Positions 14,877 to 30,535 of a DNA stretch of 64,000 nucleotides are shown here, one piece after another. The stretch spans positions 43,338,001-43,402,000 of the forward strand of contig OX597829.1 in the NCBI GenBank assembly GCA_951406725.2, read 5' to 3'. Position numbers and translations under genes: made by a program. Source of the DNA: Octopus vulgaris. Lineage: Eukaryota. The first letter of the stretch is position 1. Each line of letters opens with the position of its first letter. Below the pieces are notes generated by a model. It was not told the origin of the DNA, ran no database searches, and saw nothing but the letters and a program-made list of their open reading frames with translations.

Positions 14877-15143
14877 TGTGTGTGTATGTGTGTACATGTG
14901 TGTATATGTGTGCATGTATATGTGTGTTTGTGTGTCTGTGTTTGTCCCCCTAGCATTTTTTGACAACCGGTGCTGGTGTGTTTACGTCCCCGTCACTTAG
15001 CAGTTCGGCAAAAAGAGATCGATAGAATAAGTACTGGGCTTACAAAGAATAAGTCCCGGGGTCGATTTGCTCGACTAAAGGCGGTGCTCCAGTATGGCCG
15101 CAGTCAAATGACTGAAACAAGTAAAAGAGAGTAAAAGAGAGAG
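14668..15143 (+). mobile_element. SINE family A, near full length
   Basis: agtggctgtgtggtaagtagc...gcagtcaaatgactgaaacaagtaaaagagag. Confidence 0.92.
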
Positions 15144-15507
15144 TATGTTTATACACACACAAACACGGACATACACACATGCACGTACACGCACGCATTC
15201 ACACATAGTTAAACACGGTCGCGTATACACTGCTAGAACACGGATCACGCCTTCATATTCTCGCAGGTGCGCACATACTCATGCACAACACGTACTATTG
15301 CACAGAACTCACACATGGAAAACATGTGTCCGCACATGTACTCGTGATGAGAACCTGTTATGTAGTTAAGTATCAGAATATATATGTATATTCGTATGTA
15401 TGTATGTATGTATGTATGTATGTATGTATGTATGTATGTATGTATGTCTGTATGTATGTATGTATATATGTATGCAGGTATATATATATGTATATATATA
15501 TATACAT

Positions 15508-15545
<38 letters not shown>

Positions 15546-15650
15546 CTAGATAGATACATAGACAGATAGATAGTAGATAGATAGATAGACAGATAGATAG
15601 ACAGATAGATAGACAGATAGATAGACAGATAGATAGACATATAGATAGAC

Positions 15651-15741
<91 letters not shown>

Positions 15742-15976
15742 CAGATAGATAGATAGACTCTGTATACAAAATTATACATTTCTACATACACAATCACATA
15801 CACCAGAGGTGAAATATATATCCGGAAAAGCAGATAAAAAGTTTATAAAACTCAAATTTACTCACATGCAAAACATCTATTAGCATATATGCAGATAGAC
15901 TGACGATTATATGCATGTTTATACACACATAAACACTGAAACGCATACAGCATAGATATGCATATATACATACATA

Positions 15977-16007
<31 letters not shown>

Positions 16008-16286
16008 ATGTATGTATGTATATATCTATCTATCTATATACTGGCTGCATTAGATCTTTTGATGGGGATTCGGAGAAATATAAAAATTGTGGCTATAGTA
16101 CCAGCTCATGAACCCTATTGTTATTCTCTTCTGCCACTCCAAATTATAGCAGGAGTATTTTTTCTCCCTAAGTTCAATCTGCCATAATAATAGCAGCATG
16201 TAATTATTTCATTTTCTAGTTCTGATAAAATATTAGGTAGAAATTGTAATGGAGTATCCTGTATGTTGAAAACCTATATGGCTTTA

Positions 16287-16373
16287 TGCATCCGAAGATG
16301 GCGATGCATTTCAAATTGATGTAATTCCTGCATTGTTGGATTAAATGGAACCGCCTGAAACGGCCGTAATGCA
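16287..16373 (+). ncRNA. Type I hammerhead motif with long stem II (core CCGAAGA, U4C)
   Basis: tgcat-CCGAAGA-tggcg...cgcct-GAAA-cggccg-TA-atgca. Stem I is 5 bp and stem III is the palindrome ACGGCCGT. A (TA)n tract follows shortly after. Confidence 0.7.
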
Positions 16374-16393
16374 CTAATACCTTGAAATCCTTG

Positions 16394-16491
<98 letters not shown>

Positions 16492-16502
16492 ATAGGCATA
16501 TG

Positions 16503-17375
16503 TACAGGGTGCGGTGAATAAGTTGTCATCTAAATTACGCAAAAATGAAAATAACATTGATATCTTATTTTAACAGATATGTTAACCAAAATTACATTAA
16601 AATATCTTGAAATACTAAAGAGTAAACATATTCAATAAAATCGCCATTTGCTTCAACCACGGCCTCCAGTTGACTCCGGAATTTCCTTCAACTCTTCTGG
16701 ACAGTTTCTTTGTTAAAGTTGGTGAATGCTGCCATACTGCTTGCCTTCAGTTCATCTTTGGTGTTATAAGGAGTTTTGTTAGTCTTCCACTCAACTGCAA
16801 CCCACTCATAATAATCAAGGGGATTGCAGTATTGGGAGTTAGGTGACCAGATGTTGGGGGTGATGTGGTCGCAGAAATTGTCTGACAACCATGACCGGGT
16901 TCTCCTGCCTGTGTGGCATGGTGCAGAGTGCTGTTCCCAGACAAGGATCTTCTGGCAGCTATCCTTTTGATCCAGAGAAGCCCTACTTCCTCCAGGCACT
17001 CGATGTAGGCTTCCGCGTTGAGACTGAGGCCGGATGGAAAGATGAATGGAGGCATAACGCCACCATCACTAGTGATTACTCCAAACACTATGAACTAGAC
17101 ACGTTGTTTGATTTTTATCACTCTTGGTACATGTTTCGGGGACGCAAATTGACACCCAACACTCTGAATTGGAGCTTCCGTGGCGAATGGCAAGCAGCAA
17201 AATATATCGTTGCCAATTTCTGGCAGAGTGGATTGGATCATGGGGCCGTTTTTCTCACAGACTTTGCCCAGCAGATCTTACTGTACTATGAAGCCGTGAA
17301 GCCGACAAAATCAAAAGCAAGCAATGTGCATGCGCAAAGAAGCATAAAATGGAGACGATTTACTCATCACTCTCT
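16503..17375 (-). mobile_element. Internally deleted Tc1/mariner transposon, DD37D (maT-type), transposase pseudogene
   Basis: Frames give [30 protein letters not shown] and EQHSAPCHT...WSPNSQYCNPLDYYEW, with 37 residues between the second and third catalytic positions. Left end is TA-cagggtgcggtgaataagttgtc; a decayed counterpart lies near 17350-17375. Confidence 0.88.
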
Positions 17376-17379
17376 CTCA

Positions 17380-17448
<69 letters not shown>

Positions 17449-17575
17449 ATATATATATATACATATATACGTAGATATGGATGCATGCACACACGTATTA
17501 CATACTTAGGTGCATACATGCGTATAAATATATACACATATATAAAGTTCTAGTTTGTCATAACCTGAAATAAAC

Positions 17576-17703
17576 CTGATGAAAGTAGCATTAATACTTT
17601 TCAGGTGTTCACTTTTTCTCAACAGATCACTATGCTGATTCAGAAAGCCTATCTAAAACTGAATAACGAACTTATAATGATTACTGGAAACAGCTGTAAG
17701 TCA
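17576..17703 (+). ncRNA. Decayed hammerhead motif with ~100-nt stem II
   Basis: CTGATGA-aagtagcatta...taatgattactg-GAAA-cagctg-TA. Stem I pairing is poor. Confidence 0.5.
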
Positions 17704-17769
17704 AATTTAGTGCAATATACAAAAAAATATGTATTCACCATTATTTTACACTGTCGCTAGCTTCTGCAC

Positions 17770-17950
17770 GCATTTTTATTCTCTCCTTGTTTCTCTCCGT
17801 GTTTCTTTTCTGTGTATATTTCTGTCGAAGAGCGTAGGCTCGAAACGTAAAAGACTTGTTTTATTTATATTCCTGAGCGCCATACTAATACAATTGTTTG
17901 TTTGTAGTCCACCTGCCTTCGTCTTTTGTTTATTTTCATAAAGGTTCCCG

Positions 17951-17952
<2 letters not shown>
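17770..17952 (+). mobile_element. Short PLE-type terminal repeat with a minimal hammerhead (core CTGTCGA, mutated)
   Basis: ttt-CTGTCGA-a-gagc(gtag)gctc-GAAA-cgta-aaag at 17818-17854; ends in (TA)n. Related to 37800, 38880, 43088 and 46310. Confidence 0.7.
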
Positions 17953-18015
<63 letters not shown>

Positions 18016-19089
18016 AGTTAATTTACTAATGTTATATAATGCTACAACTGATGTGGTAGAGTCGATTATAATTATTTTAATCTTAATTTTTCTAAAATAT
18101 TAAATAATATTTTACGTATACGTGTATGTGTGTATATATATATATACATAAATACACAAACAAATAAATATACATACAATACATATCCGTATTTGTATAT
18201 AGATACGTGTGTATATGTGCGTGTGTGTGTGTGTGGGGGGGGTTGTACCGCGTGCAAATACTCATAGAAATAGGTACTTGTGTGTCCATAATCAATTATA
18301 TATGCACAGACTAATACAAAACTATACATACAGAGGAAGATGCTATGTACAAGAAAAACTACAAAAACGTCTTTGATGTATGTGTATTGTCATACACGAT
18401 AAACATGACCCACGTAAACACAAAAAGTATGCACAAATATATACATAATTACAAACCATGTAAAATCTAATTCAGTACCAGTTTACAGATTCCTAAACGA
18501 TAGCCGGCACGAGGTTAGTAATAATGGTTGCATAAAAGTAAATTAATAGGAGATAATAAAGTTAATTTTAATAGGAATAATAGAGTAATATATATATATA
18601 TATGAAAAAATAATAATTAGAATTTTCTTGATGTTAACATTTCTGTATTAAATGAGAAAACAAAATAAACAGTTATTTATCTTCCTTAAATTAGGGAAAT
18701 AATGTCTTTAATGTTATAAGTAATATTAATCTTAATTATAAAAATAATATTCATAAAAATATGGTCAAAATAATCATGGACTAGGAGGGAAAAGTGGATA
18801 ATATATGGAAAGGATAGTTTAGTAGATATTGCGTGTATATTCTACTACGTATGCAAGCGTATATACGTATGTATGTATGTATGTATGTATGTATGTATGT
18901 ATGTATGTATGTATGTATTATGTATGTACGTAGGTATGTATGTACGTATGTATGTGCGTACGTATGTATGTATGTATGTATGTATGTATGTATGTATGTA
19001 TGTATGTATGTATGTACGAATGTATGAATGTATGTATGCATATTTCCTGTATATTAGTTGAGATTTACCGGTCAGTGCAGTTTGAGAGA

Positions 19090-19630
19090 TTAAAGTGTCT
19101 GTAGTCCTATAGATTCTATGAATCCAAGATGGAGTCCTTTTAGTTATACTTTTCAAAAGGATATATTTGGCGAATGTTATCTCTAAGCTTTCATGAAGGC
19201 ACAAATTACATGTTTTTTTTTTTTTTCGTTTTCAATTTTCAGATTAGGGTTTGAGTATATTCCACTAGATATTGTAAAGAATGGAATTTCTTTTTAGGTT
19301 GTAAATATATTCGGATTGTGATGTTCGGGTAGCTCTGTTAGGATGTCTAAATGAATGCATTTGTTAATTATATCGTAATTTGAATGGACACGGAGTTAGG
19401 CCGAAATCGGCTCTGGACGAAGTGTTATTATCGAATGTACACGTATAGGTTTTCTGAAAATTATATTAGTGAAATTGCAGTTGTAACTAGATTGGGGTTT
19501 TCATTAGTTAAATTTAGTTTGAATGTGTGAGAAGCATTAATATGTTTGAAATTAGGAGTTGGCGAATGACAAATTTTAACGATGTTCTCGTTAAGCATTT
19601 TGAAGTATCTATAAACTCAGAGGTATGTGT
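19090..19630 (-). pseudogene. Penelope-like element ORF C-terminal remnant (RT-endonuclease linker and GIY-YIG end)
   Basis: The minus strand gives YRYFKMLNENIVKICHSPTPNFKHINASH (cf. PLE KIFNRNTVKVSYSC.PN..II..HN) and KTCNLCLHESLEI (cf. CNLCL.EK..I). Confidence 0.7.
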
Positions 19631-19699
19631 TTTATAAAACAGATCGAAAAGATATTTTCCTATGGCTGTAGCTACATTGGTATTCTGTGGATATGTGTT

Positions 19700-19772
<73 letters not shown>

Positions 19773-19792
19773 ATATATATATATATATATAC

Positions 19793-19838
<46 letters not shown>

Positions 19839-19949
19839 AATATACATATGTATGAGTGTATTTGGTTATATTTATAGCAATATCTGTGAGTCGTGTGCAA
19901 AAACACGTGTATATATATGCGTATCGAATGTGTATATTTGAACATTTAA

Positions 19950-20173
19950 CCCTTTCATTACGGTATTTATTTTGAGATGCTCTGTGTTTCTTTCCAATTA
20001 TTTTAAATATAATAAAAAGAATTTAGTAAAATAACATCGTTATCATTAAGCTAGTGTTAGGAACATAAATTGTGACTAAGATTTGGTGGAAGATTTGAAT
20101 TCAAAACTTATGAAAACAAGACATTTATACTAAAGAGCCAGAGCCGGTTTCAGCCGGGTAGGTAACGAAAGGG
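19950..20173. mobile_element. piggyBac-type MITE
   Basis: TTAA followed by the TIR ccctttcattac, and gtaacgaaaggg at the other end; ~224 bp, non-coding. The right-hand TTAA is decayed. Confidence 0.7.
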
Positions 20174-20448
20174 AAGGTATTTGAATGGATATATAAGTTT
20201 CCGTCCTTCTCTACTTTTTGGCATACATTACATATTATCTCTTCTTCCATTTTTTTCCCTTAGTTCTTGACGAGACTTGTACTAAATAGAATATACTCTG
20301 TCCGACAAACGATTATGGATTACGTACTCCTATTGACTCTGAGACTCAAACTCATCCTCCAATATTTTCTTCCAAGTGACATGATGTCGCTTCTTTCTCA
20401 GCTTGTTTTCCTTACATATATATATGTATATATATATATGTGTATGTA

Positions 20449-20529
<81 letters not shown>

Positions 20530-20570
20530 ATATATATATATATATTTATATACATATATATATACATACG

Positions 20571-20641
<71 letters not shown>

Positions 20642-20795
20642 TTATATGCATGGCGCCTTCTGCTAAACCCACGGGCCGCACAACGCCTGGGTTTGAGGGA
20701 GAGTATATGTGTACATATATATATGTACACATACATATATACATACATATATACATATATATACATATATATATATATATGTATTTCTACCTATG

Positions 20796-20847
<52 letters not shown>

Positions 20848-21039
20848 TATACATATGTATATCTATCTATCTGTGCATATGTATATACATATATATGTAT
20901 ATATACTTATATATACACATATACATATATAAGTATGCATATATATGTAAATAGATAGATAGGGTAGAAAGATAGAAAGATAGATAGATAGATAGGCTGA
21001 TAGATGGATAGAAATATATATATATATATTTATATATGA

Positions 21040-21092
<53 letters not shown>

Positions 21093-21109
21093 TAAATATA
21101 TATACTATA

Positions 21110-21147
<38 letters not shown>

Positions 21148-21178
21148 TATACACAAATATATATATATACATACATAC

Positions 21179-21229
<51 letters not shown>

Positions 21230-21685
21230 TATACACAAATATATATATATATATATATTCATACATACGTATATACATACATATACACATTCTCCGTTTG
21301 TCCCAGTGATGAAGATTCACTGCTCCTTCCACTCATATGCATACACATACATGTATGCGCACATGAAGTATACACGTGCACACACGTACACATGCGCGCT
21401 GGCGCACCCGCTCATGCAGACTCACGTACACACACACGTACGTAACTCGCCGGTCTTCATTATTATGTCTTGATAAGTTATTCTCTGTTCTCTACCAAAT
21501 CCGTCGAAGCAAACTCAGGTTCTAACAAACAATTTTATTGTTTGTTCTAAAGGATTCTAAATGTCCTCTGTCATTTCTGTATGGTTAGCCAAGTCTGGAT
21601 TTTTATCTGTCCGGATTTATTAACTCTATTCCTTTTGCTTTATGTGTATGTTATACGTATATATAAATAAGCACATTTATACATT

Positions 21686-21751
<66 letters not shown>

Positions 21752-21820
21752 ATGTGTGTATATGTGTGTGTACATATGCATATACGTACGTACACGCTTT
21801 CACACAAACTCACAAACATG

Positions 21821-21868
<48 letters not shown>

Positions 21869-21905
21869 CACATATGTATATATAAGTATATATATATATA
21901 TACAT

Positions 21906-21978
<73 letters not shown>

Positions 21979-21984
21979 TATATA

Positions 21985-22056
<72 letters not shown>

Positions 22057-22093
22057 CATATATACATACAAAAATACATACACACACACACAA

Positions 22094-22167
<74 letters not shown>

Positions 22168-22550
22168 CATTATATAACTCATACAGGAACAGTCGATTTA
22201 ACGACCCCTCTACTTTTTCAATTCTAGACAGTTTGCTGAAATCCTTTTTTATGTCCAAAATCTATCTATACTACAGGAGAGAAATGCTCTCCACATCAAT
22301 AGCGACATGTTAGAATAGCTACTTTTATTCGGGTGGAAACCATAAACAACGACAGAGGCACACCTATAATAATGCATACACTCACGTGCACGTAAATACA
22401 TAGACACATGCGCATGAACACGCGGGCGCGCATACAATCAAACACTCACACATACGTTATATGAGTTTGTTTACGGGTAGATCGTTGGTTAGGTAGGAAG
22501 ATGGGTCGATAGATAGATATATAGACAGACGGATAGTCAGACAGACAGAC

Positions 22551-22628
<78 letters not shown>

Positions 22629-22759
22629 GTAGATAGATAAACAGACAGACAGACAGACATAGATATAGATAGATAAACAGATAGATCGATAGATAGATTA
22701 ATATATATATATATATCGATCGATCTATCTATCTGCTTATGTCTACCTGTCCATATGTA

Positions 22760-22797
<38 letters not shown>

Positions 22798-22852
22798 CCG
22801 CTATACATATATATATATATATATATATATAACAAAGTGGAGTTGTGGGGTA

Positions 22853-22918
<66 letters not shown>

Positions 22919-22989
22919 CACATATATATACATACATATATATATATATATAGGTATATAAATATAAGGCAATGAAGAAAGTAGCATCT

Positions 22990-23056
<67 letters not shown>

Positions 23057-23076
23057 TACTGGGAGAACAGAAAGGA

Positions 23077-23111
<35 letters not shown>

Positions 23112-23412
23112 GGTAGATACATAGATAGATAGATAGTTAGATGTGTAGATAAATAGATAAATAGATTGTGTTTTTAGATAAATACTTTGGAATGTATGTT
23201 TATATTCGTGTACACATCACATGGATGCTGGTGAGTTGTTGTATGTGGATGCAGATATGTGCATATGTATCTCTGCATATTCCGTTTTGAGAGTCGATGT
23301 ATAAAAACCGTGTATACCGACTGGTGTATTACTTTGACAAAAATACTCCACGTTTTTGACGCGTTTAACACTTTCCTCTAAATAGTTAAATAAATAATTA
23401 AATAAAGAAATG

Positions 23413-23449
<37 letters not shown>

Positions 23450-23499
23450 AAGTAGTATTTATATATATAAAGTAGTATATATATATATATGTATGTGTG

Positions 23500-23624
<125 letters not shown>

Positions 23625-23689
23625 GTATGTATGTATTATATATATATGTATGTATGTAGTATATATATTTATGTATATACATATATATG

Positions 23690-23763
<74 letters not shown>

Positions 23764-23930
23764 TAAACAGTAAGGTAATTATTCATGATGTTAAACTGAC
23801 AAATATTATAATACACGAATTAAATGATCTCTGCGCACACGCATATATGCATGTTCGTATACTTGCATATATATATATAGTTCATTCTTGTGTTTATGCA
23901 TATAAATCATAAATTTTAAATTGTGTGTGT

Positions 23931-23967
<37 letters not shown>

Positions 23968-24538
23968 AGGGCCAATTTTTTCGATTAAAAGCTATCAAGT
24001 CGGTGCCCCAGTGTGGCCGCAGTAAAGCCAGAGAAACAAATAAAAAAGAAATGTATATATATATATATTTACACACACAGACATACGTATATATATGTAT
24101 GCAAGCATGCATATACGTATGTATGCAAGCATGTATGGATGTATGTATATATTCATGTATGTAGGCATACATGAATGTATGAATACATGCAGGTATATGC
24201 ATGTCAGCATGTATGTATGTATGCATGCATACACGTATGCATGTATGTATGTATGTATGAATGCCTGTATGCATCTAAGTATGTATGTATGTATGTATGC
24301 CTGTATGTAAGCATGTATGTATGTATGTATGTATGTATGTATGTTTGTATGTATGTAAGTATGTATGTATGTATGTATGTATGTTTGTATGTATGTATGC
24401 ATGTATGTATGTATGTATGTATGTATGTATGTATGCCTGTATGTATGTATGTAAGTATGTATGTATGCATCCCTCCATATATGCATGTAAGCATGTATGT
24501 ATGTATTTACCTGTATATGTTTCTAATACATATCTATG

Positions 24539-24598
<60 letters not shown>

Positions 24599-25035
24599 TT
24601 TATGTATGTATATAAGTATGTACCTACGTATATTTGTTCTGCGTACACACACAAACATATATATATCATACAAGAATGAATGTCTCTACAATTGTATATA
24701 GGACTTCTCTTACTTCTCATTATACATGTGTGTGTGTGTGTGCGTGTGTATATATCTTCGCACGTACCTATGTATACATTTGTATATATATATATATATA
24801 TCAATACGGTAAGCCACTCTACAAGGTACGCTATGTCTTCCCTATGTTCGTATATAATGCGGTTCAAGTCTTTCTTGTTGTCACCGTCTAAAAATTTTGT
24901 CAGTTGTGATTTTACTTTACGCTGTGTCTGTGTGTCTGTGTCTATTCCCTCCAACTTTCAACAGCAGTGTTTACTGTCACATGTAATTGGAAGTGAGCGA
25001 GCAAGCAAGCGCTCGTATATGAATGAGTGTGTGCA

Positions 25036-25076
<41 letters not shown>

Positions 25077-25196
25077 GTGTTTGTGTGTATGTGTATTCGT
25101 GTGTGCGTCAGGCCTGAAATAATAAAAAAAAACAAAAAAAAACGGAGATGGTATGTATATGTGAGAGTGTATTTATTTGTGAATGTGTGTGTGTGT

Positions 25197-25234
<38 letters not shown>

Positions 25235-25479
25235 TTGTGTGGGTCGGTTTGGTTTTTTGTGTACAGAATATAAGTAAATAATTTTGTTAATTACACAGAT
25301 GCATGTATATTCGTCGTTACGCGTTATAATATAGATCTATAATTACCAACATTTCTACACTCTCACTCTCTCTCTCTCTCCACACACACACACACATACA
25401 TACACACACACACATACATATATATGTATCCATCAATCCACCCACCCATCCATCCATCCATCCATCCATCCATCCAACC

Positions 25480-25542
<63 letters not shown>

Positions 25543-25557
25543 ACTCTCTCTCTCTGT

Positions 25558-25595
<38 letters not shown>

Positions 25596-25609
25596 GAGAG
25601 AGAGAGAGT

Positions 25610-25653
<44 letters not shown>

Positions 25654-25758
25654 GATAGACAGATATATATATATACATATATAAATATACATACATATAT
25701 ATATATGTGTGTGTGTGTATCCATCAATCCACCCAGCCATCCATCCATCCATCCAACC

Positions 25759-25839
<81 letters not shown>

Positions 25840-25864
25840 CCTATCCGTCTGTCTACCTTTCACA

Positions 25865-26250
25865 GGTGTAGCTGTGTGGTAAGGTCATTGCTTCCCAGCT
25901 ACTCGGTTCCGGGTTCAGTTCCACTGTTTTGGTACCTTCGACCACTGTCTTCTTCTATAACTTCGGACCAACCAAACTGATATGAATGAAGTTGCAAAGG
26001 AGAAACTGAAAGAAGCCTACCGAGTACCTGTGTGTGTGTGCGCGCGCGCGTGCGCGTGCGTGGGTGCACGTGGGTGCACGTACGCTTGCGATGTTTTTGT
26101 GATTCACAAACCGGCATTGCAGTTTTTTCATGCCCGCAACTTAATGTTCTCGGCGAAATGCACAACAGAATGGTAAAAGGCTTTCAGAAACGGAGTTGAT
26201 TCGATCGATTGAAATGCCGGGTCCCAAAAATGTTCGCATTCTGATGACAG
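25865..26250 (+). mobile_element. SINE family A, highly diverged
   Basis: gctgtgtggtaagg...ggttccgggttcagttccactg...gaaactgaaagaagcc. Confidence 0.7.
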
Positions 26251-26305
26251 AAACCTTAGAAAAGCAACAAAAGAATATGTTTATGTACGTACGTATAATA
26301 TGTAC

Positions 26306-26430
<125 letters not shown>

Positions 26431-26495
26431 CGCGTACGTTTTACAAACATACACAGGTACATGCATGCATTCATCTATACAGACATCCATACATG

Positions 26496-26530
<35 letters not shown>

Positions 26531-26603
26531 ATACACACATATATATATACACACATATATATATACACATATATATATATATACACATATATGCATAAAT
26601 ATA

Positions 26604-26647
<44 letters not shown>

Positions 26648-26772
26648 GTATATATGTCTGTGTAAACAGATACATGTGTATATACACATGGATACATATT
26701 TACTCTATACTAGGTAATATTTCAATGCACATCTACGACTGTATACGCATGTGTATGGATGTGTGTGTAGGC

Positions 26773-26816
<44 letters not shown>

Positions 26817-27093
26817 GCATATAAATATATACACCTATATATGTACCTATATATATAAATACAAATAGATATACATACATACATAATTACATATAACAAT
26901 CTATATATAAATACGTATAAATATGTGTGTGATAGTGTGCGTGTGTCTGTTTATTTCCGCATGTATGCATGTAAGTGTGTATTCATGTATGTATGTATGT
27001 ATGTGTTCATTGATATCCATTTATGAATACGTACTCATACGATTTGTGTGCTTGTGTTTATCTCTATAGATATAAATTCACAAATAAATATGA

Positions 27094-27199
<106 letters not shown>

Positions 27200-27994
27200 G
27201 TATATATATATATATACATGCATACATACATATATACATAATCGTTTGCACCCTTATAGTTGTATAACTCTAAATACGTCATAGAGATCATTAGAAACTC
27301 AAAATCTACCTCATTCCAACCGTGCCCACGTCGTCATTTTGGCTGGGACTAGGAACATGCATAACGGCAGGGTGTAAGATGAAGGACGGTGTGACTGCCA
27401 TCTCTAGTCGATATAGGCGTCCATGTAAGAGCCGCTATTGTTGGCTCGTTAGATCTGCATGGTTTTTTGAGGATTGGCAGTTCCTGAGTTGCCTAATTCT
27501 AAGTATTCACTCCCCTGCAAATCCTGCTGCGACCTAGCTTCGGTGTAATAACCAAAGCAGACTATCCAAAAAAAATCCCATAAAATTCCAAGAATTTACT
27601 TTCGTTTCACACAGGATGTTGATTATTACATTTCTAGTTTTATAAGAATATTCACGTCCCACACACACATACATACACACATAGGCGCTACGCGCGCAAA
27701 CACGCAGACACACACACACACACACACACACAGACACACACGCGTACACACACACACACGCACCTGGCCTAATAAGCCAATCACAAACAGATAAGAGGAA
27801 CAAAAAAAAAAAGAAATAGGTAAAAAAACCAAAAAACTTTCATTTATTTCCCTTGTATGTAACATATTTGGTAATGGGGACATCTCTACGTTAAAGCATT
27901 CCCACACGTCCAGACGCATATACTCAGACTCACACATCCACACACAAATACAGACACACACACACATACACATATATATATATACACACATATA

Positions 27995-28448
27995 TTCTTT
28001 TATTCTTTTACTTGTTTCAGTTATTTGACTGCGGCCTTGCTGGAGCACCGCCTTAAAAACTGTTACTCGAAGAAATCGATCCCAGGTCTTATACTATGCA
28101 AGCCTACAAATTTTGTCTATCGTTCTCTTTTGCCGAACTACTAAGTTACGGAACGTAAACACACGAGCATCAGTTGTCAGTGATAGCAAGGGGTGGGGGT
28201 GGAAAAACAAACACAACACAACACACACTACACACACACACACACACATACACACACACACACACAAATATACACATATGCACATATTCGCCGGGCTTCT
28301 TCCAGTTTTCGTCTACCAAATCCACTCACATGTATTTGGTCAACCCGAAGCTATAGCAGAAAGCACTTGACCGAGGTGCCACCCAGTGGGACTGAACTTA
28401 GATTCATGTGGTTGGGAAGCAAGCTGCTTACCACACAGCCACCCCTGC

Positions 28449-28452
<4 letters not shown>
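27995..28452 (-). mobile_element. SINE family A, full length, diverged
   Basis: Tail ttcttttacttgtttcag through head ccacacagccacccctgcg. Confidence 0.85.
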
Positions 28453-28493
<41 letters not shown>

Positions 28494-28675
28494 TAAATAC
28501 ATTACATATGTGTGTGTACTTATTTATAGATTTTTATGTACGTTTATACACACTTATATATTAATACATTTAAATGTACATATTTGGTCTAAGTATAGAT
28601 ACGTACACATTCGGCGCAGGCACAAATGAGTGGTAAAAAAGATTGCTTCCCAACTACTTGGTTCTAGGTTCAGTC

Positions 28676-28748
<73 letters not shown>

Positions 28749-29144
28749 TATACATATATATGCATACATATACATACATACATACATATATATATATATA
28801 CATATATATGCATACATTTATATAAATATATATATGCATACATTTATATAAATATATATATATACATGCATATATACGTGTATGTACATTTATATATATG
28901 CGTGTGTGTATCATTGTATGTGTATGTGTAGTCGAACAAACCGACCCCCGGACTTATTCTTTGTAAGCCTAGTACTTATTCTATCGGTCTCTTTTGCCGA
29001 ACCACTAAGTTGATATGTATATCCTTGTTCACATGTATTTATATTATAGACTTGTTGAAATGTGTGTGTGTGCCTTTATGTATTTTAATGTTATATGTGT
29101 GTGCGTGTGTGTTGTGAGAAAGAAGTAGACAGACATAGATATCG

Positions 29145-29935
29145 ATTTGAAATTTTGGTACTAGCCATAAAGTCGGTAACAGTGTAGGTCGATGAAATCG
29201 ACCCCAGTACTCTGGTGTCGATGAAATCAACCTACACTCAACTGTTACTTCTTTTATCGAGTTTGAAACGATGGAAGGCAAAGTAGACCTCGGCGGAATT
29301 TGAACTCACAACGTAGCGGTAGACGAAATACCTATTTCTTTACTACCCACAAGGGGCTAAACACACAGGACACAAACAAGGACAGACAGACGGATTAAGT
29401 CGATTACATCGACCCCAGTGCGTAACTGGTACTTAATTTATCGAGTCCGAAAGGATGAAAGGCAAAGACGACCTCGGCGGAATTTGAACTCACAACGTAG
29501 CGGTAGACGAAATACCTATTTCTTTACTACCCACAAGGGGCTAAACACACAGGACACAAACAAGGACAGACAGACGGATTAAGTCGATTACATCGACCCC
29601 AGTGCGTAACTGGTACTTAATTTATCGAGTCCGAAAGGATGAAAGGCAAAGACGACCTCGGCAGAATTTGAACTCACAACGTAGCGGCAGACGAAATACC
29701 TATTTCTTTACTACCCACAAGGGGCTAAACACACAGAGAGGACAAACAAGGACAGACAAACGGATTAAATCGATTATATCGACCCCAGTGCGTAACTGGT
29801 ACTTAATTTATCGAGTCCGAAAGAATGAAAGGCAAAGTCGACCTCGGCGGAATTTGAACTCAGAACGTAACGGCAGACGAAATACCGCTAAGCATTTCGC
29901 CCGGCGTGCTAACGTTTCGGCCAGTCTGCCGTCTT
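29145..29935 (-). mobile_element. SINE family B with the core in four tandem copies (period 184-186 bp)
   Basis: cctcggc(g/a)gaatttgaactc at 29288, 29472, 29656 and 29842. The tRNA head (gcatttcgcccggcgtgctaacg) occurs only once, at the right end. Confidence 0.92.
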
Positions 29936-30182
29936 ACGCATATATACATGTAGATATTACCTCAACATGTGCTGATTGTGAATGCATGTGAATAACAACA
30001 TGTTATAAATCAATTTACATGTGCACATACGTATATTTACATATACACTTTAGTATGAGTATATATAAGGAAATATATACCTCATATCTATGCATATGTG
30101 TGTATTTGTGTGTGTGCATGAACGTGCATACACACATACGTGTGTTTAATATAAGCATGCATCCGAACATGTACGTATTCTG

Positions 30183-30316
<134 letters not shown>

Positions 30317-30503
30317 CATCCATCATCTATCTACCTACCTACCTATCTCTCTATCTCTCTGTCTATCTATCTAGTTATCTATCTATTTATCTATCTATTT
30401 ATCTATCTATTTATTTATCTATCTATCTATCTGTCTATAACTCTATTTAGCTATCTTTCTCTATATATCTATCTGTAAACACACACACACGCACAGAAAT
30501 GCT

Positions 30504-30535
<32 letters not shown>

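Noticed and set aside
16891-17553. 220-aa + strand ORF
   Set aside because: It is antisense to the mariner transposase remnant and runs into (TA)n.
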